A DNA stretch of 64,000 nucleotides, taken from Gonapodya sp. JEL0774 (lineage: Eukaryota). A model generated the notes under the pieces. The model was not told where the DNA came from. It made no database searches and was given only the letters and a program-made list of their open reading frames with translations. Location of the stretch: the NCBI GenBank assembly GCA_027604505.1, contig JADIIX010000057.1, positions 62,001 through 126,000 of the forward strand, in the 5' to 3' direction. This document shows, piece after piece, positions 24,955 to 37,676 of the stretch. Both the position numbers and the translations under genes were made by a program. Positions within the stretch are counted from its first letter, which is position 1; every line of letters starts with the position of its first letter.

Positions 24955-27863
24955 ATGGCGACGATTGAAATCGAAGCATGCACAGTGGGCGAATTACAGC
25001 CTGGACAGATGTGAGTTTGAGTCGCTGTGATCAGTTGATGTGGAGCAGCGAGCCAGCAGATAAAGAATCGTGTACAAACGAGGGGTCGGTCTTGAAATCA
25101 AGGCTTGAGAGCAAAAGGCGAGAATTGGAATAAAATCCCGGTATTTCTTCTCTCTTCATGTTATTTCCATCAATGATTGGAAATCAAGCAGTCGTTGGAG
25201 AAGGAGATAGACCCCTTGCCACTTGCGGCACGCAGTCCGTAAAGGCATAAGCTTTCCTCCGGTATCCCATCTTCCTTGTGGAGCTTCAATCGATTTCTTA
25301 CGCGCTTTCTTCATTGTGGTGTGGGACGGGGCTCACCCGTTCGCGATACTCGATATCCCGTACCCACACTGGACGAATTTCAGGAAGGAGGTGAAAATTG
25401 GCTCGGGGAAGGCTTTAGTATACAAGATTGGTGACGAGTATCGTGCGACGTCGCACATCTGCCGTGAGTTCTGAGTTTTATGTTCTGGGGGGTTCATCCT
25501 CGTTCATTGGAATACACATCATAACTTTCCGCGTTGCCTTAATATAAGCCCACTACAAAGCACCTCTCATAAAAGGCGTGCTAAGCCAAGATGGAAGGAT
25601 TATGTGGTGGGTAACGTGTTGAATTCCGTCCCTTTGCCTCAAACATGTAACTTTTCTTTCAGCCCGTGGCATGGCGCTTGTTTCAACACCAAGACTGGTG
25701 ACATCGAGGACGGTCCTTCCATTGATGGTCTTCAGAGCTATGAGGTACACACGTTGAATGGAGATATGTGGGTTGAGAGCTCTGAGTTCAAGTTCCTTTT
25801 TTCAGACCCAGGTTCGCGGGAAGAGCGTTTACGTCAAAGCGTCTGAGGCTGCAATCGCTGCTGGTCGCCGCGGATTATCAGATACTGTCAAGATTTCGGG
25901 TGATAATGCCACAGTTGTGGTCATTGGAGGCGGTGCAGGAGGTCTGCAAGCTGTCGAGACTCTGAGAAGCGTTGAGTACTGGTTTTGATTATCTTCTCAT
26001 ACATTGACCTCACAAGTTCAAATTATCCCTTGCTACTGATAATTCATTGCAACTAGGAGGGTTTCAAAGGGCGCATTCAGCTCTTGTCTCGCGAGGATAC
26101 CCTGCCTGTCGACCGACCCAAGCTCTCCAAGTCGCTCAAAACAGTGTTGGATGCTGTACAACTCCGTAGCAAGGAGCACTTTGATAAAATTGGTGTTGAA
26201 GTGCAGCTGAACGTTGAGGTAGTCGGACTTGATGCGAAAGCCAAACTTCTCCACTTGAAAGACGGCCGGCAAGTGCGTTATGACTATGTGGTAATTGCGA
26301 GCGGTGGAGACGTGAGTTGCAGTTGGATATTATGAGCTCAAGGGAGATTTTCAAATGATTATCCTTGACTGTCAGCCTCGTCGCCTTCCGATCCCCGGCA
26401 GTGAACTCGGCAACATCCACGTTGTTCGCGGTGTCAGCGACGCAACCGGTCTTGACGCCGCAATAAACGTGATACAAAAAGAAAGGGGGGCGGATTACCG
26501 GCCGAAAGTGGTGATTGTGGGGTCCAGCTTCATCGGTATGGAAGCCGCAGCCGTACTGGCCAAGACTTCTGATCTGACAGTCATTGGAATGGAAAAGGTG
26601 TGGAAATCTGCCCGCTTCGCTCGTTTTCTTCTATACCACTAACAGCCGTCCCCATACAGGTACCATTCGAAAGGGTTTTGGGACCAGATGTCGGCAAAGC
26701 CTTCATGATAATGCATGAGAAAGCTGGCGTAAAATTCAGGATGGAGAGCGTGACTGAACGCTACGAGGCAAGTCGTAAGTGCCAAAAGTAATGTGCACTT
26801 CGGTCGTGTTCTGTTTCACTTAGTGGATATCTCGATGATCCTTCAGCTTCGAATCCCAGACTTGTTGGGTCGGTTATCATCAAGGGTACAAATGAGCGAC
26901 TCGCAGCGGATGTGGTCGTTTTGGGAGTCGGCGTGCGCCCTTCCACAGACTTTTTGAAAGGGTCTGGCATTCCACTGGAACGAGATGGTAGCGTGATGGT
27001 GGAAGACACAATGGGAGTTCCGGGGGTGGAAGGGGTGTTTGCAGTTGGTTCGTAACTGCACCGAATGTGCTCGGGAGTTTTTCTGAAAGTGTTTGTGCAG
27101 GTGATATCGCGCGATACACATACCACCTAACAGGCGAAAAGATTCGCGTGGAGCACTGGTTTGTGTTATCCCCGAGACAGTTTAGCCAGTCATCTAGACT
27201 CCTTTGACTCAATTCGAAATGCTGCCCTCGTTAGGTCTGTCGCGCAGAATCAAGGGCGAGTGGCGGCTCAAAATATTCTTAAGATCATCAATTCCGCAAG
27301 GAGTGGTGTGACCCCTGAGCTCACTCCTTTCAAGACCGTTCCATTCTTTTGGACTGTGCAATTCGGTAAAAGTGTTCGATATTCAGGTCATGCAGAGAGC
27401 TTCGATGTAAGATATTGCTTTCCGTGACTTTGTGCACATTTAAACTTCTGCAACTATTTTGTGTTTTCAGGAGGTCATTACGAAATTTACACCGTCATTG
27501 GAAGACATGGAAACTCTTGAAGCGTATTATGTCCGCCAGAACAAAGTGATTGCGGTGGCCACTGTAGCGCGGGATCCAATTGCTGCGACCAGCTCTGAGC
27601 TTATCAGGTTGGGACTGATGCCCTCTGGAACGGAGATTAAGAATGGAAAGGATGTGACAAAGATTAAACTTGGATGTGAGTTGTGCCAGAGTATCGACCA
27701 ATCACAGGAAAGCCTTATCTTATTCCATGGCTGTGAAATCGAAGCATCCCCAGTGTCGAAGGCGGTATCAACCGGTCCCTCCGAACTTCCCCAGTGGCTG
27801 ATCCCTGCAGCGATTGTAGTTGCCATTGCTATTGGTTTCTCACTGTACATGAGCAGCAAGTAG
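24955..27863 (+). CDS. Rieske [2Fe-2S] + FAD/NAD oxidoreductase (AIFM3/AIF-like) with C-terminal TM helix
   Basis: Rieske 'CPHYKAPL...CPWHGACF', FAD-binding 'VIGGGAGG', 'DRPKLSK', 'VGSSFIGMEAA', 'VPFFWTVQFGK'. Confidence 0.92.
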
Positions 27864-27922
27864 GTAGGGTCAGTCAGGCACTTGCCAGAATAGATTATAT
27901 ACAAAAAACGTAAATTCTCTAG

Positions 27923-30900
27923 TTATCCCGTCCCTGTAAATTCCGCCGACTGCTTCACCCCCGGAAGCGAGGTTCCACTGCCCTTAAGCTCTTTTGATGA
28001 CGACTGGCGCAAAGATCTAGCCACACTAAGTGCGGATCCTTTCGCCACATAAGTTCTCCCATCGACAATTGATTTATGAGCACTTTCACTCCCAGTTCGA
28101 ACAGAGCCGCCTTCCAGTACTCCCGCAGTGCCAATCCCCAGCGTACTGGGGCCAATGTCTGATGTTGTATTGTGTCCTGATGCACCTGCAACCTCAAAGC
28201 TGCGATTTGAAGGAAATCCTACTTGAGCTATAGATGCTGTGTCGTGATGTCGAACAAGATCATCATTGCTTCGATTTGGCTTCATTAAACTGCTATCAAG
28301 TTGTCTGGCGGCTTCATTTCGGGGTTGTTCCGTTTCTATTTCTTCAGAAATAACTTCTTGTGAAAGCCGACTAGGAATCACTGGTGGTGGTGCAAGGGGA
28401 GCAGTAGCAGGGCGACCTGGCACAATAGGTAAAAAGTTGGAGTCAGGAAACATTTCCAAAATAGAAGGCGATGGTGGACTCTGAGAGGAGGGTGCGATGG
28501 GCAGGCTGGGAGAAGGTGGAACTGTAAGAGTTGGTGGTGCCGCAATCTCAAGCTTCTGCTCTGATGGCGGTGAACTGCCAATGAAACCGGGGGGAGGATC
28601 ACTGATTAGCACAGTACTTCTCATTGCTCTGGAATGTGCAGCACGCATGACTGTGCCCGTCGAAAAGGTGGTCGATGGTAGCCCAAACAACCCCGATGCG
28701 CGCATGACCGGATTGGTTGTGGAGAGTGATGTTGCACCGACCAGCCTCCGCAGATCATCTACCACGGCTGCAGGGTCTAGCGTGCTCTTACTCGATCGGA
28801 CAGCCCTGCTGACATCGGAACTCATAGAGGATTCCATCCCAGATTGGATTCGTGATTTTTCGGCCAGGTACTTCGTCTTCACGGTTTGAGATCCCGAAAA
28901 AGACACTATCAGCCGACAGGAGATATAGTTTACATATATCCAAGGTCGCTTGTGCTTTGTAGCTTTTCTGAGTGCTTCCTCCCAATCGATACATGATTTC
29001 TTTCCTATCGATCCCGAAAGGACGGCTGCAAAACCACGGAAAATGGACAAAAGAGATTGATGTAATCGAACCACTTTGGGATCAGCCTTTAGGAATCCAA
29101 TCGCGGCTTGACACATGACGGTGAGGTCCATACTGTTCTTCCTTTCACTCAAAGGATCGTCAAGACCGATTGCTTCCAACGCTAATGTTACCACTGCGAA
29201 AAAGAAGACCGAAAACGCATGTGGACTTGAAATCAACGATTCTGGCTTCATTTGGTTCATTGCCGTGGTTGCTCTCGCGAACACGTCCCGAACAGCATCC
29301 ACGGGTCCAGGCTGAGAAGCCATTGCTGCAATTTTAAGTCTACCAGCGGTTGCCAATATTTCTGCAAACAACCCAGGATTAAAAGGAGTTTTGAGTGTGC
29401 CGGTACCTTGTTGTTCCTTTTGCTCGACGATGAAATCCAACGAAGGCACGAGGACACGCAGCGTTTCGAGGTTTGGGGTAAAGGAATGAAGCTCATTAAT
29501 CAACATGAGAGCTGTTCCCCAGTATCTGGCGGGCCAGAAATGGTCACGTTCCGCCATTCGCAAAAGCTCCATGGCAAATCGCTGTGCAGCAAGGAAGTTT
29601 CCTTCAAACAAATGAATTATGGAGCGTATCCTGAGAGACTCTTCACGACGCGCTTGATCACTTATGGCAAGCCCTATCTGGTAAAGTGTTTCGTACTTCA
29701 AATGAGCAAAGCTCCATTGTCCCATCATGAAGTAGACGCTGGCCGAGAGCGATGCAATGGAAGTTGCTGCATTCGCGTCACTGCTGTCGTCCCAGGCTTC
29801 TGCTGAATTAAGATATCGGGTGACAAGACCTTCGTCCTTTTGCGACAGCCAAAGTGCCAGAGCAGATACGGCTTTGAACCTTGCGTACCAAGTATCTTTC
29901 GGTAACTTTTCTGATACATTGAGACCCAATAAAGCGCAGTACTCAAGCGGTGCTTGCTGCGCTTTGGAGAGATATAGATCTGTAAGGGATAACAGTGCAA
30001 GTCTCGATATATGCGTGCTGGTGGGCTGATAGCTATCCGTCAAACTATCCGGCAATGGTACTTTGTCACGTGTAGTTGTGATTGAATCTGCACGAGAGCT
30101 GCTTGGGGACGGCGGACTTTTGGACTCTCTGCGGCTGCTCCCAACGGACGTCTTCTCTTGGAGTAGCCGCTTCTCCTCAATTTCCTCGTCTGGGTCAGGT
30201 TTTGAACGTGCAAGAGCTGTTCTCTCCTTGCGAATCGCCCAGGACAGCGCGATATCACCCTTCGGAAACTTCACGTCACACAACCGAAGCGCATTGTGCA
30301 GATGTCGCTCGGCGGGTTCCAGCTCCCCTCGATGAAGATACGCATCTCCAAGCTCCTGATTCATGCATGCAACTTGCAGGTTAGAGAATACAAGAGGCTT
30401 CCCAGCGACACTGCCATTGCCGCCGTTGATGGAACTACCTTCCATCTGCGACTCCGATATCGATTGAAAAAGTTTCTTGTAGTACTTGATCGCTTCCGCC
30501 ATCATATGCTTCTTGTAGTGGTAGTGTGAAACCTTTACCAAATACATGATCTTCCGGTTCCGATTTTCGTCCGACGTTTCTGAGTAATGCTCATACACCG
30601 GTATGAGGAAACGTAAACCGTCTGGTCGAAGTTTGTAATGGAGAACTCCCTCAGCATCTTTCTCAGCTGGGAACCACAGCTTTTGCGTCTCATAGTAGTT
30701 GGCGATCTTGTAGTGAAGCTGCTGTCGCTGTGTGACGGTCATGATATTGTAGACACACCTCCTAATGAGGGCGCTCTTGAACTCGAACATGAAGTTGCTG
30801 GTCTGGCCATGTTCTCCCTCGACTTTCTGCAAAAATCCGTATTTGTCGTATCGGCCGATTGCGCGAGAGACTTCTGCTGCATTCAGTTTCTTGTCAATCT

Positions 30901-33900
30901 GGCTCTCCACGAATGTTCTCGAAGCTGCAAATGATGAGAGCAGCATCCCGTTCGTGTCACGAGTAAGAGCTTTTGTGTCTGGTAAGAAGACGAGAACCTC
31001 TTCCAGCACAAATCGATGCCCGAATGCGGACCCAACCTTGAGCAGAAGCTGGAAGTTCCGGTCCAGTCGATCAAATTGCGCCACAACAATACTTTGCAAG
31101 TCGTCATCCACGCTAAAGTGCTCGAAGTCGAATGCCGTGTCGTTATCAAGCTGTAGCTCACCACTTTCTTCTACGTGCGTCTGTCCCGATTCTTTGAGTG
31201 CGATGACCAAGGACCGTGCATATAGTGGGTTCCCGTTTGTACGACGGTGGACGTTTGACAATATAGCGTTTCCGATTTTCTTGACTTCTTGGCGCCCATC
31301 CTTGTTCCAATAATATCTGATCATTTCGGCGATTTCAACTTCCGTTAACCCCTCCACTACTCTGATTTTTGCCTTAGACATTTTCTTGCACAGTGAGTAG
31401 AACTTGGCGCACTCCTTATCGTCAAAACTTCGATCCGGACGTGAGAATATTACAACGAGTGCGTCGGGACATCCATTTATAATCTCAAGGAGAAGTTCCC
31501 ACGACGAAATATCCATCCACTGTGCCTCATGAAAGAGAATGGCAATTGGGTTATTGGCCGACAAGGTGCAAATTATGCGTTTGACGAGTTCATGGAACTC
31601 CTTTTGCCTGCCTCGCCCTTTTAATTGCCGCGAAGTGTCCGGTGAAAGATCGAAGGGCATGACAAAATTCAACAACTGAGCATGCGCTGGCGCTTCGCCC
31701 AGCTTAACCAGACTAGCCTTGACCCGCTCTTCCATCTCCAGCCTTTTCTGCGCTGCCTGGTTCTCCAGCTGAAGGTTTGTAGCCATGATTGATAAGCGGC
31801 GCTTCGCCCGATTATTTGTCAGTCCATCAATACTCCCCATCAACGATGGCCTATGACGATTCTTGGGATGTGAGTGACCCCCCGTTGTAACAGTCAAAAG
31901 GCCAGGGGAGGACACTTTGTCAGATCCTACACCGCCGGCGCTGCTAATACTACTCGATGATTCATCCGATAGAAGCAGTTCCGGTTTATGTGTCACAGAG
32001 TTCGACCTTCCCGCCCTCACCACATTCACGTCTCCACCCGGAGAGTCTCCCACCGTAGACAAGGCTCCGTCAAACCTCCTCGTTACCGAATTGGACCGAG
32101 CAGAGCGGGTTTGGGAGAGAGGTGGTACAATATCTGGTAGAGGTTCCCCTCCAAGATCGGGGACAGCGAGGCTGTGCGTGCGATCTCTAGGCAAAGGCAT
32201 TGCATCACCACTACCATTGAGTCCCTGTCCGTTTAGGGAACCAGCCTCGGAAGACTCCCCCACAACAGCCTTCGAAACAGTGTTGCTCATGGGGATAAGT
32301 ATACCAACCGCCTCATCAATGGTGGCTTCATCAACCATGGTGAGAATGTCACCAATAATATCCCGAAACGTGAAGTATGGCGTGGTTCTCTCCATTTCAC
32401 TTCCTGAGCCAGAGCTGGGATTAATTGATTGAGAGAATGAGAAAGGGGTTTAACAGTGCGACGGTGAACCTCAATCTCGAGTTCCTCTTAAAACTCACGT
32501 GATCGGACATCCAATATTCACCGCCTGCAACTTCGCATATTTCATGAGGGTCGTCAGCCCCATGCCTCCATCTCCTTCGAGCACAACCAACCCTCCACCT
32601 CCTTCATTCACGTGCGAGTTGATCGCATCACTCAAAATAACCTTCTCCTTCTTTCTTCCGACAATAGTCGCAGTCCCATCTCCCTCCTGCGACTTGTGCA
32701 CCTTCGTTTCCGCGGCAGCACTCTTTGGCCGAAACACTTTGACCAAATTGCGTTTGCCCTTCACTTTGTGTGTGCCCATATCCTCGAAAACAAAGTCCTT
32801 GACGCATAGATTGTATGTACGCTCATCACATGCAACAGCGTTGTGAGCGGCTTCGAGACACATAAGACGAGCGGCCATATTGATGGAGTCTCCCATCTAA
32901 GTTGGGCGATAATGTGATGCACAGAATGTGGTTGACGACGCGAAAGGGGAGGGGTGAAGCGGAAGCGTGTGATGATAGTCAGTATCCGTTAAGTAGGTGG
33001 TGGTTTTGTGAGATTCCAAGCACGCGATTTAGCCAATAATATCATTCCGCCAAGAGATTCCGCGGGTACCGCTCACCAGTGCATATTCTGTTCTGAGCGA
33101 ATTTCCAACCCCTCCGATCGCAATCACCCCTGTGGTTATCCCTATGCTAAAATGTTCAAAAAACCTGGTGAACTCTTCCGCAATCTCCAACGCCGCCCTA
33201 ATGCCGTACTGTGCGTCATTCTCGTGAGCGTGTGGTGGTAAGCCGAAAAAAGCCAGCAAGATTGCGCCCTTGTCGTCCACGTGGAATTGCCTCAGCGATC
33301 CTTGGAACCGAAAGAGGGCTTTCTGAACCACCTCCATGGCGGTTTGCATGTCCTCGAGGTCATCCTTGGTTTCAAACCAGCGGAAGCCGTCTTGTGCGTA
33401 CCCTCCGATACGAACAAACAATGTCGTTGCTTGCCTGAGCTCGAACAGGCTCATGAGTTCGGTGAGACCCGGAAATTCGGAAGAGAACACTTTTGACTGG
33501 TTGATGTCCGATTGTAGCTTGAATAACGCCGAATAATTGATGAAGTGCTTGTAATTGTCCACATTCTGTGTCGGTGACACGATATCCCACAGTGCCATGT
33601 CGTCTACTGTGGTGGGTCGGACTCTTGTATTCCGTCTGATTCGGTCCTTGTCAAAGTGAGGAATAACGGCAGCTTTCTTGCTGTAGTCTGCCATTTCCAA
33701 GAGATTGACGTTGATGACAGCATTCAATTGTTTCAAAGCCTGGTGGGACATAGCGAGTAGGCCTGGGATGTGGAGGACGTAGAAATGACCACGTACAAGG
33801 CAATATGCGACCAAAAGGAAGGAGTGCAGTTCAAGTGGAAAAATCATCGTCAAAATTCGAAAGAAAGGGGGCGCGAGCGGCACACGTGTAGTTGTGCATC

Positions 33901-34903
33901 TTTGACGCTCGAACTCACCTGGCGGTGCCTGATCCAACACCGTAGCCAACTGACTGACCGCCTCCCCGCCGATAAAATGCTCCCATCTCCCTCCCTCCCC
34001 ACCGACATGCACGTCATAAATCTTCCCGGCGCCGATGCCCAAGTGGATCTTCAACTCGGTGGTTGAGCAGTCGGGAATATCGATTGGGTAGGTTCCGTAC
34101 TGTTTCAGAATTTCCGAGCAGCAAATGGCAGCTTGAAGGACCATTTCTGCTCGTCGGCTCTTTTCGGCAGCGTCCACGTTGTTGGTTTCGTCGCCAAGCA
34201 AGTCGTCCGTTTCCTCGAGGGGACCCTCCAGCTTCCAGTAGAACATGATAGCGTCACCAATGAACTTCACGATGTCACCGCCGTAAAATATAATAATTTG
34301 GATGACCTAAGGACGTTGTGTGTGGTGTAATACGAGGTGGAACGGTGCGACAGGGTTAGGGAACATAAACGTCGAGATGTATGGTGAGCGAAACTAAGTA
34401 TGACAAGAGCGAGCACCTTCTAAACAAACACGAAATGGGAGAGAACACTCGCCTTGTCCAGGAGACCCTTCATGGTCTTTGCCAGAATTTCTGCTCCCAC
34501 AGGTCCTCGCTCCGCAAGAATGGCGGTTAGCGCACTGTAACCGCTCACTAGAGCAGCACGTAGCATTTTTAGGTGTGAGCATAGAAGGAGATGGGGTGGA
34601 AGGAAAGCGACGGGCGAATGGTAGGTAGGGATCAGTACTGGCATTTGTAACACCGTTCCCGCTCCGTTCCCCCTGGGACACTATCCCACCATCAGCCATC
34701 ACGACAGCCGCAAACGCGGATTCAGCGGAGGGTTTGAAAGCCTTCATGTCGGAGTGATTCCCAGCGCAATAGGTGTCGAGTTTCTTTCGGACGTGCTGGG
34801 AGACAAAGTTTGGAATGACATCCTCGAATCGGACGCGTTCAGTTGTTGCGTAGGGAGATGCCGTTGCTGAGTCGGGACCAAATTTGGCGGGAGGTTCGTC
34901 CAT
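27923..34903 (-). CDS. Soluble class III nucleotidyl cyclase of the sAC(ADCY10)/sGC type: two cyclase domains + STAND/AAA-like NTPase + TPR-like helices
   Basis: C1 'MADVSGYSAL', 'GGDIVKFIGDA', 'LKIHLGIGAG'. C2 'DDKG..LAFFGLP', 'SIGITTG', 'EYALMGDSINMAARLM'. Then 'IVGRKKE', 'EAQWMD..SW', 'TNGNPLY', 'FDRL'. Confidence 0.9.
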
Positions 34904-35442
34904 CGGGGACTGGAGGGAATGGGACCCGATAGGACCTGGGTGTGGGGAGTGGAGGACAGGCGGAGAGTGATCGGGCGACCAGGAGCAGACGGAGGCTGCG
35001 GTGTCGCACGGGAATGGAATGAAGCGTCTGAGTGCGCGGGGTCTGCGAATCTCAAGAATGAGTGATGTCTCGAACAAATCACTGCCGACTTTCTATTCTT
35101 CCCAATTATACACCACACCCATATCTCCATGTTGTGACCCTCTTACAAACACAACCAACCCAAATGAAGTAACTACTTGCAAAAGCCTTCATTTAAACAT
35201 GCTTCTTGTTCTTGTTTTACGCTCGATGATGCACTCTGCTCCGCATTTGGTCTGATTGTTCATGTCGGCAGCGTGATTGCCCCCGTTACTGATTGCCCTC
35301 CTTTTGATTGCCATTCTCCATTCAATAATACATTGGACTCGTCGCTTGTGAATGTTGCTTCCGCGGGAAAACAAATTTACCGCGGAAATTACTCCTCATC
35401 GGGAACACATTCGGGCACTCATCGATCCTCCACTTGCACGCG

Positions 35443-37676
35443 ATGCCACGACCTGGGACCGTACCCACCAACGTACATCGACAACTTTCAACAGTAGACG
35501 CGTTCGCACCGGCCTCCCAATCTTCTCCTCCACCAGACCAACCAGATGAGGTTCCGCCCATCTTTCGCCATTTCAATACGTCTCTCAACAAATGCGATTG
35601 CGTCGTCGCACGTGTTCGCGTGTATGCTGGTGACGTGGTCAAGGAACTCACTCTGCGGTTCCCGGACAGCGAGTTCTTGTTGGTGCAGGACGTACATAGG
35701 GCCGTGGCAGATAAGGAAGGGTTAAGCGAGTCCAGCAGAAAGCTGTTCGCCCTGTGGATGGTCGGGAGCCAGGTTGGTAAGTTGTCGTGCTGCCTAGGTC
35801 CTTCAGAAGACGGGGGTGCAAAAAAAAGTGGGAGTTCTTGTCCCACCATCACCGAGAAGTGTGAAGATCGCGAGAGCGTAGAGCCAAATGCGCGCTCCTA
35901 CGATGCGCACGGATCAAACATGAGTGTGCGTGTGTTTAAAGAAGCGGAGCTGTTCTTCTCACTCCTAACGCATGCCTTCGCCCTCTCTACTCGACCCCTG
36001 CTGATCCCCACCCTCACCGAACTTCGTCTCAATGCAGAGCTCCAACTTCGCCCACCGATTGATATATTTGAAATGCTTTCTCTATGGCCCCGCTGGGTCG
36101 AAAAGTACACTCACCACCCCGATGCCTCCACCGCTTCCTCTCCCTTCAGCCCGGCCAACCGCTTCCATCTCGCCTTCCGCCGCGAATGCCTGATTCCCAA
36201 AGCCCGTGAACGCAAAGTGGCCGAAGAGGCCGCGGTACGATTGCTGTTTGGAGAGGCGAGGAGGAACGTGTTGAGTGGAAGGTACTCATGTGGAGTGGAA
36301 GATGCAGGGGTGTTGGCTGGTGTGCAGATGCAATTACGACATGGAGATTTTGATCCGAGGAAGCATGGAGAAGGGTTCTTGGCGTGAGTAGAGGAACTTG
36401 CCAGTGCCTCAATCACAGTATCTTGGGATCGCCATTGCTCGCCGATTCCAGGAGGGAGAAGAACACCAACATATGTCGGGCCTGTCGTTCATGCTCAGAA
36501 GTCTCTGAACAACTTTCCAAACACACTATCAGTCATGCGCCACGCTAACCATGTCACTTCGTCTCGCAGTGACCAGCTCCCTGAATTCATCCCCCGGGGC
36601 CTCCTCGACCGCCTCAAGCCTCTCGACTGGGAACACCGCATATTTGATAATCACCGAAAGTACAAGGGACGGAGTCCCATCATCTGCCGTATGCTGTAAG
36701 TACCCGTGCGCTTCCGCCATCTTCGTCCCACCGCCTCGTCCTTGCACTCACTCACTCACTCACTCACATTCCTAAATAATTCTTGGAATAAGCTACCTGC
36801 AATTCGTGCGTCAATGGCCTTTCTACGGCTCCGCGTTTTTCCCCTGCTGTCGTACAGTGCCACCAGGGGGGTACTTCGAGTACAGGAAAGAGAACTGGTT
36901 GTGCGGAGTAAATGCTGAGGGTATAAGCGTGGTGGACGTGGGGAAGAATGTTAGTTCCCATGGAGCGAGTGCTTGCAACAACTTTTGCCCCACGCGAGTC
37001 AAACACCATCGTAACCACACACACCTGTGCAGAAACTCATACTCCACAAAGAATACTCCACACTTACCTGGGAGTGGTCACCTGACACGTTTGTGCTGTC
37101 CTTCCCCGCCTCCACACCGTCCGCGCCCCGACGTGCCTCCTCAACTTCCCCCACCCACCCTCAATCAAATACGGGGTACTCCGAATCTACCCTACTAAGA
37201 TTTACACTCATAACACCCCAGGCATACCTAGTGAATAATGTGGGAAGTAGGGCTGTGGACGAGGTGGTTGAGAGAGAAGGGGACTTGGAGAGAGTGAGGC
37301 AGCAGCAGGCACAGGCAGTTGGCCAACAATCTCCTGGGACGCTCCAAGTACCTGGGATGGGACTGGGGTTGGCGGCGGGGCACCCGAACCAGGTGGGTTG
37401 TGCTGGAGATGGTGGGAAGCTGTGTGACTGGCAACAGACAAAATCCCGATTTACATTCCTCGACGCACTATCATCTCACTTACCCGACCTCAACACGTCT
37501 AAAACCCTTCACCCAAACTTCACCATCCCACTCAGAGTCGCGCGTCCCGGTCTCGAGCGGCAACTCTCGGAACGGCAGCTGCTAAGGAGCTCGTGAAGGG
37601 TGCAAATGGAGGTGAGGGTGCTGCGGGTATGAGAGAGTCAAGGTCGGGGAGTGTGGGGAGGTGGGCGGACCAGTGA
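35443..37676 (+). CDS. FERM-domain protein, FRMD8/iTAP(KRIT1)-like
   Basis: 'LFALWM..ELQLRP', 'FRRECLIP..E..V.EE.AVRLLFGEARRNVLSGRYSC.VED...LAG', 'VRQWPFYGSAFF', 'CGVNAEGISVVD'. Confidence 0.8.
36745..36767 (+). repeat. (CACT)n microsatellite in an intron of the FERM gene
   Basis: 'cactcactcactcactcactcac'. Confidence 0.85.

Noticed and set aside
25075..25125. Possible TPP riboswitch in the intron
   Set aside because: It lacks the conserved CTGAGA and ACCTGAT..TAAT cores.
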